Source: Thermoplasmata archaeon (GTDB taxonomy: Archaea; Thermoplasmatota; Thermoplasmata; Lutacidiplasmatales; UBA184). From it: a stretch of 64,000 bases of DNA. A program made the translations under genes and the position numbers. A model generated the notes under the pieces. It did no database searches. It saw nothing but the letters and a program-made list of their open reading frames with translations, and had not been told where the DNA came from. Within the stretch, counting starts at the first letter, position 1. Every line of letters starts with the position of its first letter. Below are positions 18,752 through 27,253 of the stretch, in pieces. Location: contig JAKIVX010000002.1 in NCBI GenBank assembly GCA_022750335.1, positions 53,442 to 117,441 of the forward strand, read 5' to 3'.

Positions 18752-19672
18752 TTGGCCGCAGTGGGATCCGTCTGGCTCGATCTGGGCGCCCTCTTTCTCC
18801 TCGCTGGACTCACGTTCGCGGCAGTTCTAGATGTTCGGACCCGAGAGGTTCCCGACCGACTCTGGCAGGTCCTGGGGGTACTCGGGGTCGTCGGGGGGTC
18901 GGTCGTCATCGCCCCCGACGGAACGCTCCCGTTGGCGTTCTGGCTGCTCAGTGCCGGCCTGGCCCTCGAGCACGTCTTCCCCTGGGACGCCGGAGGCGAG
19001 GGTTGGGTCGGGGAGTGGGCCGATTATCTCGAACTCATCGCCTACGTGGGCGTCTCGGCCCTAGTCGGGTTCGGTGCGTACCGCTGGGGCATCGGCGGGG
19101 GAGGTGTCCCCCCCGGGGCGGTCGCTCTCCTCGTGACGGTCCTGATCGCGCGAGGGCTGTTCGAAGCCGGCGTCCTCTATGGAGGGGCGGATGCGAAGGC
19201 GCTCATCATCGCGGGGATCTTGGTTCCCCTCTTCCCCGTTCCCTGGATCGGAGTCCCGGCGAGCACCCACCTGCTCACTTCCCTGGTTCCGTACGCCATC
19301 GACCTCCTGATGGACGCCGCCCTTCTGTCCGTCGTCGTGCCGATCGCCGTCGCTGTCGTCAATCTCCGCCGGAGCGAATTTTCCGTCCGCACCGGATTCA
19401 CGACCTACACGATCCCCGTGGGCGAATTGCCGCACCGATTCGTATGGGTCCGCGATCCGAGATATCCCGTCGATCCCGAGGCCGAGGCGTCCATCGAGAC
19501 CTCGGAAGAAGACCGACGGTGGAGGACCAAGGTGGCCCGGGAGCTCGAATCCCGCGGGATCTCCCGTGTACGGGTGGGTCCCCAACTTCCGTTCATCGTG
19601 CTCATGGCCGGAGGAGCCCTCGGAGCCCTGTTGCTCGGCAACTGGATCGTAGACCTCCTTGCCCTCGTGTGA
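18752..19672 (+). CDS. Archaeal type IV prepilin/preflagellin peptidase (A24 family, FlaK/PibD-like)
   Basis: Polytopic membrane protein. The first catalytic Asp sits in ...AVLDVRTREVPDRLW... and the second in ...GGADAKALIIAG..., which is the aspartic GxGD-type protease family architecture. Confidence 0.65.
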   Translation: MAAVGSVWLDLGALFLLAGLTFAAVLDVRTREVPDRLWQVLGVLGVVGGSVVIAPDGTLPLAFWLLSAGLALEHVFPWDAGGEGWVGEWADYLELIAYVGVSALVGFGAYRWGIGGGGVPPGAVALLVTVLIARGLFEAGVLYGGADAKALIIAGILVPLFPVPWIGVPASTHLLTSLVPYAIDLLMDAALLSVVVPIAVAVVNLRRSEFSVRTGFTTYTIPVGELPHRFVWVRDPRYPVDPEAEASIETSEEDRRWRTKVARELESRGISRVRVGPQLPFIVLMAGGALGALLLGNWIVDLLALV

Positions 19673-19738
19673 CCCGACACGCCGGGGTCCGACGGAAAGG
19701 TTTTCTCCCCAGTCCCGGTCCAACCGTTCGGCGATACG

Positions 19739-20155
19739 ATGGTGCGTCGATTGAAGACCGGGCCGATCCGCGTGTTGATCGCGAAACCGGGACTCGACGG
19801 CCACGACCGGGGAGCGAAGGTCGTCGCGCGAGCACTTCGCGACGCCGGCATGGAGGTCATCTACGCCGGCTTGCGACAAACGCCGGAGGAAGTCGTGCGG
19901 GCCGCGCTCGAGGAGGATGTCGACCTCATCGGGCTGTCGATCCTGTCCGGTGCCCATATGGCTCTCTTTCCGAAGATCCTCAAACTGCTGAAGGCCCAGA
20001 AGGCGGGGAACATCCCGGTCTTTGCCGGCGGGATCATCCCGGACGAGGATGCGCGGCGGCTGAAGAAACAAGGCATCCGGGCCATTTTCGGGCCGGGGAC
20101 CACGCTCCAGGAGATCGTCACCACCGCCCAGAGATTGGCGCGCGGCCCCGCATGA
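19739..20155 (+). CDS. Methylmalonyl-CoA mutase, C-terminal cobalamin-binding subunit
   Basis: ...[44 protein letters not shown]...[13 protein letters not shown]... is the B12-binding DxHxxG fold of the MCM small subunit. Confidence 0.85.
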   Translation: MVRRLKTGPIRVLIAKPGLDGHDRGAKVVARALRDAGMEVIYAGLRQTPEEVVRAALEEDVDLIGLSILSGAHMALFPKILKLLKAQKAGNIPVFAGGIIPDEDARRLKKQGIRAIFGPGTTLQEIVTTAQRLARGPA

Positions 20156-21117
20156 CCGGGTCGGCCCGAACGCCGCCCCTGGCGCGGGCCATCCTCGCGG
20201 GAGACCGACGGGCGCTCGCGCAGACGATCACGGCGATTGAGAACGGCGACACACGGGTCTCCGCGACGCTGAGGGCCCTCTACCCGCACGCCGGCAGCGC
20301 CCCCGTGATCGGGCTCACCGGTCCGCTCGGTGTAGGCAAGTCGAGCCTGCTCAGCGTCCTCATCGGGCTCTTGCGGGAGCGGGGAAAGACCGTCGGGGTC
20401 GTTGCGATCGACCCTTCGAGCCCGTACACCGGGGGTTCTGTCCTCGGGGACCGGATCCGACTCGAACGAAAGGCGAACGACGACGGAGTGTTCTTCCGAT
20501 CCATGGCGAGTCGGGGCGAGGCGGGAGGGGTGGCCGCGTCCACCCGAGAGGTCGCGCGCCTCTTGGCCGCCGCCGGGTACGATGTCATCTTCGTCGAGAC
20601 GGTCGGTTCCGGCCAGGTCGACGTCGCGATCCGCGGGATCGCGACCACGAGCGTGGTCGTCCTCGTGCCCCATCTGGGGGACGAGGTCCAAACGCTCAAG
20701 GCGGGACTGTTCGAGATCGCCGACGTCTTCTGCGTCAACAAGGCCGACCTGCCCGGTGCCGACCTGGCCGCGAGGGACCTTTCCGAGCTCGTCGCCCTCG
20801 GGGCCGCGCGCGACGGCTGGGCGCCCGTCATCGTTGCGACGTCGACCACCCGACCCGCCGGGATCGAGGAACTCTGGCGGGCCATCGAAGCACACGAGCA
20901 GTTCCTCGATCAGACCGGACTCCGCGTCGCGCACGAGCGCGCCCGCCTCAGCGCGGAGATCACCGACCGGGTGAAGGACCGGGTGGGACACGAGGTCGCC
21001 GAACGCCTCGATCACGACGTCGAACTCCGTCGCCTGCTCGACCGGGTCGTCGCACGGAAGATCGATCCAGCCGGTGCGGCGGAAGAGCTCTTCCGCACGC
21101 GCTATGCGACGAGATAG
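20152..21117 (+). CDS. meaB: Methylmalonyl-CoA mutase-associated GTPase MeaB/ArgK
   Basis: Start at ATG 20152, overlapping the upstream stop by 4 nt (ATGA). P-loop [14 protein letters not shown], ...[10 protein letters not shown]..., ...CVNKADL.... The 5' 1.1 kb of the track ORF 19003.. is rejected. Confidence 0.85.
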   Translation: MTGSARTPPLARAILAGDRRALAQTITAIENGDTRVSATLRALYPHAGSAPVIGLTGPLGVGKSSLLSVLIGLLRERGKTVGVVAIDPSSPYTGGSVLGDRIRLERKANDDGVFFRSMASRGEAGGVAASTREVARLLAAAGYDVIFVETVGSGQVDVAIRGIATTSVVVLVPHLGDEVQTLKAGLFEIADVFCVNKADLPGADLAARDLSELVALGAARDGWAPVIVATSTTRPAGIEELWRAIEAHEQFLDQTGLRVAHERARLSAEITDRVKDRVGHEVAERLDHDVELRRLLDRVVARKIDPAGAAEELFRTRYATR

Positions 21118-21122
21118 GTCCG

Positions 21123-21665
21123 ATGCCCGTATCCCCGCTCCTCCTGTTGTCGCTGGTCCTTCTCGCCCTCGCGGTGCTCACGTACTTCGTGTACGCCTCG
21201 TTCGCCTTCGGCGCAGGGTATCAGCCGACCCCGCGCCGCGCGGTGCGCACCATGCTGCGCTGGGCCGAGGTGGGGCCTTCCGATACCGTCTACGACCTCG
21301 GGGCGGGGACGGGTGCGATCGTGTTCCGGGCGGCCCGCATCTATCGGGCCCAGGTGCTGGGGGTGGAGGTGGAGCCCTTGCGCTACCTCATCCTGCGGGT
21401 GCGCCGTCGTCTGGGGGCGAATGGGGACCGGATTCGGCTCGTCTGGGGAAACCTCTTCCGGCTCGATTTCCACGAAGCGACGGTGGTCACGGCCTTCCTA
21501 TGGCCGGGGGCAATGGAGCGCCTTCGGCCCAAGTTCGAATCTGAGCTACGTCCGGGCGCCCGGGTCGTCAGCCACTGCCACAAGATCCCGAACTGGCGAC
21601 CGACCCAGTACGACCCGGAGACTGACGTCTACCTCTATCGCTGGCCCGATGCGCGCGCGCCCTGA
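21123..21665 (+). CDS. Small class I SAM-dependent methyltransferase with an N-terminal TM segment
   Basis: Motif I VYDLGAGTGAI, with post I and motif II spacing typical of small RsmD-like or protein methyltransferases. Confidence 0.6.
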   Translation: MPVSPLLLLSLVLLALAVLTYFVYASFAFGAGYQPTPRRAVRTMLRWAEVGPSDTVYDLGAGTGAIVFRAARIYRAQVLGVEVEPLRYLILRVRRRLGANGDRIRLVWGNLFRLDFHEATVVTAFLWPGAMERLRPKFESELRPGARVVSHCHKIPNWRPTQYDPETDVYLYRWPDARAP

Positions 21666-22039
21666 CGGACCGCCTTCTGCCAAGTTCCGTCGGCCCAGCG
21701 GAATGCTCCGCAGACGGCGAGAGCTCCCCGTCCGCCTTTAGGGAATGGGGCCGCCGATCACGCCGATGATCCCGAGGTAAGCGATCGCGGTCCCGATGAT
21801 GATCGCTCCCGCGAACAAGAGGATCACGAACAGACGGGAGGGAGCGGTGGAGGGAAGAGGCGCGGACACGCCGCCTTCGATTTTCGCGGGATTGATACGG
21901 GCATCGTACGTATGTCCGCCTCCGCCACGGCACCCCGGTTACCCCCGTCGGGGGCACGCGCGGCCCCAGACCGCCTCGCGAGCGTCCCGTCGGCCTCCGA
22001 TAGGCGCAACGCGGTCGAACGAGGACCGAAGCCGCGGTT

Positions 22040-23005
22040 CTACTGAGGACCCGGGTTCCGGAAGTGGTCGGCCGACTTCTCGTGACCGACGGCTTTCTCA
22101 TCCCGCGGCGTCTTGTGGTGTTCCGCGGACTTTCCGTGGTCCACGACCTTGGCGTGCTCGGCGGACTTGGAGGGTTCCTCGGGCTTCGCTTCGGCCGTCT
22201 CCTTCGCAGGCGGCTCGTCCTTTTCCGACTCCGCGGGTTTTTCGCCCTTCTCGTGCTTTTCCGCCTTCTCGGGAGTCGGGGTGACGTACTCCTCGACCAC
22301 CTTGATGGTGTGGGGAGCGACCTGCGCGCGGATCTTGTCGATGACCCGGGGTTTCGAGGCCATCCAGGAGATGTCGAACTTGGAGCGGTCGGGCACCGTG
22401 AGTGTGACGACTTTGTCGTGGATCGTGATCTGGAACTCGGCGGCACGGCCGTACTGGAGCTCCACGATCGCCCGCACCTGGTCGACGGGCTCGGAGATGA
22501 GGTCGGTGACCTTGAACTTGCCACGGACCTTGCGACCGGAGAACGGCGGGTTGAAATCGACGCGAACCCGGGCCTGCGTGAGCGTCACGACCCGTCCCCG
22601 GCGGCCCTCGATCGTGAGGACGGTCCCGAGGTCCAGGTGGGCGTCTTCCCGCCGCATCTCGGGAAGGCGGGAGACCTCGTGCATCGAGAACAATTCGATG
22701 AGGTTGGGGTCCCGCTCGCCGAAGGCGTCGGCGGGAGCGAACTCCTTTTCGACCTCCTCTCCCACCTTGAGTCCCACGAGGGCACTTTCAATGCCGGTGG
22801 GGAAATAATCGCCACCGATCAGGTGGGGGCGGGGTCCCCAGGACGTGCCGGCCGTCGCGGGAACGTTGGCGGTCTGAGCGACCTCTTCATGGGTCGTGTC
22901 GATGAGGTCGGTCCGCCCTCCTCCTTCGGCCCACAGGTCGTAGTCCAGTCGAACCAGGTGCCCGGTTTGGGCGGCCCCGTGGTGCTTGGAGGTCTCGGAT
23001 GGCAT
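22040..23005 (-). CDS. FKBP-type peptidyl-prolyl cis-trans isomerase (archaeal long type with IF insert) plus a charged KE-rich C-terminal tail
   Basis: ...LVRLDYDLWAEGG...LIDTT...HLIGGDYFPTGIESALVGLKVGEE...FGERDPNLI... is the FKBP/SlyD core. The C-terminal 100 aa are Lys/Glu/Pro/His-rich. Confidence 0.75.
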   Translation of the reverse strand: MPSETSKHHGAAQTGHLVRLDYDLWAEGGGRTDLIDTTHEEVAQTANVPATAGTSWGPRPHLIGGDYFPTGIESALVGLKVGEEVEKEFAPADAFGERDPNLIELFSMHEVSRLPEMRREDAHLDLGTVLTIEGRRGRVVTLTQARVRVDFNPPFSGRKVRGKFKVTDLISEPVDQVRAIVELQYGRAAEFQITIHDKVVTLTVPDRSKFDISWMASKPRVIDKIRAQVAPHTIKVVEEYVTPTPEKAEKHEKGEKPAESEKDEPPAKETAEAKPEEPSKSAEHAKVVDHGKSAEHHKTPRDEKAVGHEKSADHFRNPGPQ

Positions 23006-23084
23006 GGCCCCGCCGAATCGGGCGGTCGCTTAAGGTTTGCTCGAGAGTGGCGCCCCCGCTCGAGAGGGGAACGGCAGGTTCGCC

Positions 23085-23933
23085 CTAGGGCTCGGGCTCC
23101 GGGTTGGGGAGGATGACGCGCCACTTCCGGACGCGGCTCCATCGGAGTCGGGCGTGGACGAGCGCGACTGGTTTCATCGCCGCTTCCACGAATCGAAGCG
23201 GGTGACGGACCGGAGGACGACGTTCCCCGAGGCGATGCCCGAGCTCCTGGTTCTTGAGGAGCGACATCGCCATCGCGACGAGGTAGCGGTACCGCTTTCG
23301 GGCCCAGGGAACGAATCCCGGGTCCGCCCCAGGCTGGTGGTACACCCAGGCGTCGGGCACGAACGTCCCCCGCAAACCCGCTCGAACGGCCCGAGACTCG
23401 ACGTCGTGGTCCTCGGCGAAGGGAATGCGGGGGTCAAATCCAAGCCGACTCAGGGCCGGAGTGCGCCACGCGGAGTTCTGGAGCGGTAGGTAGGTCACGT
23501 GGGCGGGGACGAGGTCTTCGTAGATCGAGCGCTCGAGCAGCTCCATGTACCGTTCGATCGAATTGTTCGGGGGGCGCGCCGGTCGAGTCGGTCCTCCGCT
23601 AAAATCGGCCGTCCCCGCTTCCAGAGGAGCGACCAGTCGTTCCAGCCACTCGGGGGGTGCGGTCTCGTCGGAATCGAGGAACACCGTGAGATCCTCCCGG
23701 ATCAGGAGTTGCGCCCCGGCCCGCGCATCGACCACGCCTCCGGGGAACCGGGCGATCTCGATCGTCAGTTCGGGATGGGCGGATCGGGCGCCACGGAGGA
23801 ATTCGGGAGGGGACCGGGTGGACGCCGCGAGGAGGATCCGGTCGGGCTTCCGGTGCTGCCGCGCGAGCGACGCGAGTGCGTCGATCAGGCGGGGATCGTC
23901 GCGCACCGCGATCTCGACGCAGACAGAACCCAT
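23085..23933 (-). CDS. Glycosyltransferase family 2
   Basis: Start at the internal ATG (MGSVCVEIAVRDD...). ...ILLAASTRSP... and the DxD motif ...FLDSDE... are present. The upstream 20 codons (GTG start at 23993) are possible but less likely. Confidence 0.65.
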   Translation of the reverse strand: MGSVCVEIAVRDDPRLIDALASLARQHRKPDRILLAASTRSPPEFLRGARSAHPELTIEIARFPGGVVDARAGAQLLIREDLTVFLDSDETAPPEWLERLVAPLEAGTADFSGGPTRPARPPNNSIERYMELLERSIYEDLVPAHVTYLPLQNSAWRTPALSRLGFDPRIPFAEDHDVESRAVRAGLRGTFVPDAWVYHQPGADPGFVPWARKRYRYLVAMAMSLLKNQELGHRLGERRPPVRHPLRFVEAAMKPVALVHARLRWSRVRKWRVILPNPEPEP

Positions 23934-24010
23934 CGACGGCTTCTCGGGCGGGCAGCCCTTCCGTGCCCTATTCCCCCAAGTCCTTAATCTCACGGCCCGG
24001 TAGGTAGGAC

Positions 24011-25054
24011 GTGCGGGTCGTCCTCATCGGTGGGGGAGTCCAACCCATCCCCCCGACGGGTTACGGCGCGGTCGAACGGATCCTCGCAGATTTCCAGGCA
24101 GCCCTGATCGCCGCGGGTCATTCCGCCGTGGTCGTCAATCGCGTCCGCCATCGGCGGATGCGGGACGAGTACCCGTTCGCCCTCGAGCTGCCGGGCCTCC
24201 TCCGTGGGCTCGAGTACGACGTGCTCCACGCGAACACCCCCGTCGTCGGAAATCGGCTCGCCGGCCGCGGACTCCCGTTCGTCTACACCTCCCACTCGCG
24301 CCATTGGTTCTTCCGAGAGCAGCTCTCGCACCGGTGGGGCTATTGGCTGGAACGACGAGCCGTGCGACGGGCCACGGCCGTCGTGGCGCTCACCGAACGA
24401 TTGGCGCAAACGATGCGGACGACCGTGCCCTCTCCCCGACCGTTGCCGATCTCCGTCATCCCCTTTGGAGTGGACGCGGACCGGTTCTCTCCCGACTGGC
24501 CCTCCCGGACCGGCCGGCGAGCGCTCGGCGTGGGGGTCGTCCTCCCCTTCAAGCGGTGGGAGCTGGCTGCCCGAGCCTTGCGCGGAACCGGGATCCACCT
24601 CCGGATCGCGGGCCCCCAACCTTCGGAGACGTATGCGGCTTCCCTGCGTCGGGCCGGAGACTCCGTCGAACTTCTCGGCGAAGTGGACGACGCCTCCCTC
24701 CGGAAGCTGTACGCCGAGAGCGACTTCCTGATCCACCCCAGTGCGGTCGAGGTCCTCTCCGCCACCGTCCTGCAGGCTCTGGCCGCCGGACTACCCGTGC
24801 TCGGAGGGGGCGCCGTGGAGAGCGTCATCGAGAACGGCCGTACCGGTTGGGCCGTGCCGGATCGGGAATCGATCTCGTTCACCCAGGGCCTCCGCGAGCA
24901 TGCCCTCGACCTGAGCGCCAGCGAGCCTACCCGGCGGGCGATGGGGGAGCAGGCTCGTGCGGTGGCGCGGGAAACGTACTCGTGGCCGCGCGTGGTCGCG
25001 GCGCACCTCGCGGTCTACCAGGGCGTCGTCGGGGAACGTTCTAGGACGCCCTGA
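24011..25054 (+). CDS. Glycosyltransferase family 4 (GT-B, glycosyl transferase group 1)
   Basis: N-terminal MRVVLIGGG...PPTGYGAVE, and a C-terminal EX7E-type motif ...AVEVLSATVLQALAAGLPVL.... Confidence 0.7.
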   Translation: MRVVLIGGGVQPIPPTGYGAVERILADFQAALIAAGHSAVVVNRVRHRRMRDEYPFALELPGLLRGLEYDVLHANTPVVGNRLAGRGLPFVYTSHSRHWFFREQLSHRWGYWLERRAVRRATAVVALTERLAQTMRTTVPSPRPLPISVIPFGVDADRFSPDWPSRTGRRALGVGVVLPFKRWELAARALRGTGIHLRIAGPQPSETYAASLRRAGDSVELLGEVDDASLRKLYAESDFLIHPSAVEVLSATVLQALAAGLPVLGGGAVESVIENGRTGWAVPDRESISFTQGLREHALDLSASEPTRRAMGEQARAVARETYSWPRVVAAHLAVYQGVVGERSRTP

Positions 25055-25988
25055 GGAGTTCAGCGATCGTCCGATCGATGGCCGCCGCACTCGTGTGCTG
25101 GGGCGACCAACCCAGCCGACCGATCTTCGCTATCGACAGCAGCTGTTGAGGCACGTCTCCGGTCCAGCCGCGGTCTCCGCCCGTGTACTCGATGCGGGCG
25201 CGGCCCCCTGTCGCCGCCACGACCTTTTCCGCGATCGTTCGCACGCTGATCTGGTCGGCGGCTCCGAGGTTGAAGATGTTTACGCGTTCGTGGGCGCGAT
25301 CCCCTGCGAGGAGCATCCCCCCCACGCAGTCCTCGGTCCGCAGGTAGCTCTTGGCTTGCCGTCCGTCCCCCAGCACCTCGAGTCGGAGCGGGGTCCGGCC
25401 GAGCTTGGCGAGGAAATCGGGGAGGATGCCGTGGTCCATGCCCGGTCCGATGATGTTCGCGAAACGAAAGATGTGGACCTGCATCCCGTACGAGTGCGCG
25501 TAGGCGGAGAGCAGGCCTTCGGAGGCGAGTTTACCAGCCGCGTATTGGGACTCGGGACACAGGGGCCCGTACTCCTCGGGCGTGGGAAAGACCGTCGCCT
25601 GGCCGTAGATGACGCTGGAGGAGGAGAACAGGATCCGAGGGACGTCGTGGCGGCGGGCGGCTTCGAGGAGATGGAAGGTCGCGAGGGTGCCATTCTCGAG
25701 GTCGACGGACGGGTCCGCCGTCCCCTTGCGGATATCCGGGTTGGCCGCGATGTGCCAGACCTGCGCCACTCCGCGCAGTTGGTCCTGGAATTCGACCGGG
25801 CGGCGAAGGTCCGCGACCGTGAGCGTCACCTTCGGTGAGGTGGTCAGCCGGTCCGCGCGGCCCGAAGAGAGGTTGTCGATGACCCGCACCTCTTCCCCCC
25901 GGGCGACGAGGGCCTTCACGAGGTTGCTGCCGATGGCTCCGGCCCCTCCCGTCACGAGGCTCGGCCCGACTCGATCGGGAGGCGTCAC
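25041..25988 (-). CDS. NAD-dependent epimerase/dehydratase (UDP-sugar 4-epimerase-like extended SDR)
   Basis: LVTGGAGAIGSNLV Rossmann motif, and catalytic ...SSSSVIYG...YAAGKLASE... (S-Y-K). A TATA box sits about 25 nt upstream of the start. Confidence 0.8.
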   Translation of the reverse strand: MTPPDRVGPSLVTGGAGAIGSNLVKALVARGEEVRVIDNLSSGRADRLTTSPKVTLTVADLRRPVEFQDQLRGVAQVWHIAANPDIRKGTADPSVDLENGTLATFHLLEAARRHDVPRILFSSSSVIYGQATVFPTPEEYGPLCPESQYAAGKLASEGLLSAYAHSYGMQVHIFRFANIIGPGMDHGILPDFLAKLGRTPLRLEVLGDGRQAKSYLRTEDCVGGMLLAGDRAHERVNIFNLGAADQISVRTIAEKVVAATGGRARIEYTGGDRGWTGDVPQQLLSIAKIGRLGWSPQHTSAAAIDRTIAELLRAS

Positions 25989-26011
25989 GAGGGAAGAACC
26001 ACTCAGGGAAG

Positions 26012-26022
26012 CATATATAAAT
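26012..26022. promoter_or_regulatory. Palindromic TATA-like box (CATATATAAAT) between divergent genes. About 25 nt upstream of the epimerase start (leaderless, minus strand) and about 50 nt upstream of the + small gene.
   Basis: An isolated AT-rich island in a roughly 70% GC context. The spacing fits archaeal BRE/TATA at about -26. Confidence 0.4.
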
Positions 26023-26068
26023 GGAGGGCCGCCTAAACAGGCCTACCGCTGCCTCTGCGGGACCCCCA

Positions 26069-26293
26069 ATGCGCACCTACGTACGGATGACCTTCCACTC
26101 CGAGGGCGCGGACCCCACGAAGGTACTCGCAGCGATGCGTTCCGTCGGGTTCGAGGAGTCCATGGGGATGCACGATTTCGTGTTCCGATGGAGGGACAAG
26201 GCGACATTGGATGACGTCATCCGGCTGGTCACCGAAATGCACGAACGATTGAAGGGTCTCGACGTGAACTACGAAATCACGACCATTTCGTGA
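26069..26293 (+). CDS. Small hypothetical protein (about 74 aa)
   Basis: MRTYVRMTFHSEGADPTKVLAAMRSVGFEE.... Good codon usage, preceded by a strong TATATAAA box. Could alternatively start at ATG 26021. Confidence 0.3.
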   Translation: MRTYVRMTFHSEGADPTKVLAAMRSVGFEESMGMHDFVFRWRDKATLDDVIRLVTEMHERLKGLDVNYEITTIS

Positions 26294-26309
26294 TCCGGAC
26301 CTTTTACTG

Positions 26310-26696
26310 ATGCCGCGCGAGGAGCTCACCCGAATCGAGCGTCTGCTCCTGGTGCATCTCTTGGACCATCGCGGGAACCAGGTCCGGTTCGAGGCCGATC
26401 AGTGGACCACCGAGTTCGGGATCGCACGCAAGTTTGCCGGCGAGGACCCGGGGGACCTGAAGAACGCCATGCGAACGCTCGAGATGGGACGGATGATCTA
26501 CCGACGCACCCAGTACGTGGTCGGGTACTCCGAACCCAAGCATGTACTCTCCCTCACCGCGACCGGTCATCGGATGGCGATCGAGGTGCAGCGCGACGAA
26601 CTTGCCTCCCCGCCGGAGGCGATGACTCCGGAGGCACCCGCCACCGCAGCCAGCGCCGGATCCACCGCCGGTCGGGAAACGCGCCACCGATCATAG
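26310..26696 (+). CDS. Putative winged-helix DNA-binding protein, hypothetical
   Basis: ...IERLLLVHLLDHRGNQVRFEADQWTTEFGIARKFAGE... resembles an HTH followed by a wing. Adjacent to the small protein and the GNAT gene. Confidence 0.35.
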   Translation: MPREELTRIERLLLVHLLDHRGNQVRFEADQWTTEFGIARKFAGEDPGDLKNAMRTLEMGRMIYRRTQYVVGYSEPKHVLSLTATGHRMAIEVQRDELASPPEAMTPEAPATAASAGSTAGRETRHRS

Positions 26697-26710
26697 GGGC
26701 GATCCCTCCG

Positions 26711-27253
26711 TTGCACGGACCGAAGGTGCGGCTGCGTCCGCCCGTTCCCTCCGATTATCCCACGCTCTACTCCTGGTTCAGTAATCCGGAGATCGTCGCG
26801 CCGTACGACCGATTCCTCTCCGAGAGCTACGACGGGTTCGTTCGGTCCATGGCGGTGCCGGACAACGACCCGACCTCCCTCGCCCCCCGGTTCGTGGTCG
26901 AACGCTCAGGCGCCCCGGGACCGGTGGGGGTCGTGGGCCACTTCTCCCCCCACCCCGTCCTCGAGACCGTGGAGGTCTGGTACATCATCGGCGACCCGGC
27001 AGTACGGGGGCAGGGGCTCGGCCGGGAAGCGGTGCAGTTGTTGACCGATCATCTGTTTCGCTCCACCTCTGTCGAACGGGTCGGAGCGACCTGTGACGTG
27101 GAGAATACCCCCTCATCCCGATTGGTAGAGGGCCTCGGATTCCGACGAGAGGGAACCCTGCAGGGTGCCTTCTATCACCACGCGCGGTGGCACGACGTCC
27201 ACCTCTACGGGGTCACTCGGGAGGAGTGGTCGCGCCGGGCCGCGCCAACGTGA
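26711..27253 (+). CDS. GNAT N-acetyltransferase (RimJ/RimL-like)
   Basis: ...VRLRPPVPSDYPTLYSWFSNPEI...VEVWYIIGDPAVRGQGLGREAVQLLTDHLF...GFRREGTLQ.... TTG start at 26711, or GTG at 26726. Confidence 0.65.
   Translation: MHGPKVRLRPPVPSDYPTLYSWFSNPEIVAPYDRFLSESYDGFVRSMAVPDNDPTSLAPRFVVERSGAPGPVGVVGHFSPHPVLETVEVWYIIGDPAVRGQGLGREAVQLLTDHLFRSTSVERVGATCDVENTPSSRLVEGLGFRREGTLQGAFYHHARWHDVHLYGVTREEWSRRAAPT

Noticed and set aside
17698-18909. Full-length 403-aa ORF as an archaellin/pilin with a class III signal peptide next to the prepilin peptidase
   Set aside because: The N-terminus lacks the K/R-G/A-hydrophobic cleavage motif. The upstream 88 codons are low-complexity and overlap the divergent peptidase gene. 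The internal ATG at 18645 is the plausible start.
19003-20151. N-terminal 380 codons of the 704-aa track ORF that ends as MeaB
   Set aside because: Arg/Gly/Pro-rich low complexity that overlaps the genuine prepilin peptidase and B12-binding genes in other frames. The MeaB domain starts at ATG 20152 with ATGA coupling to the upstream gene.
21533-21548. tRNA T-loop-like GTTCGAATC motif
   Set aside because: It lies inside the methyltransferase coding frame (RPKFESELR), and no acceptor, D or anticodon stems can be formed around it.
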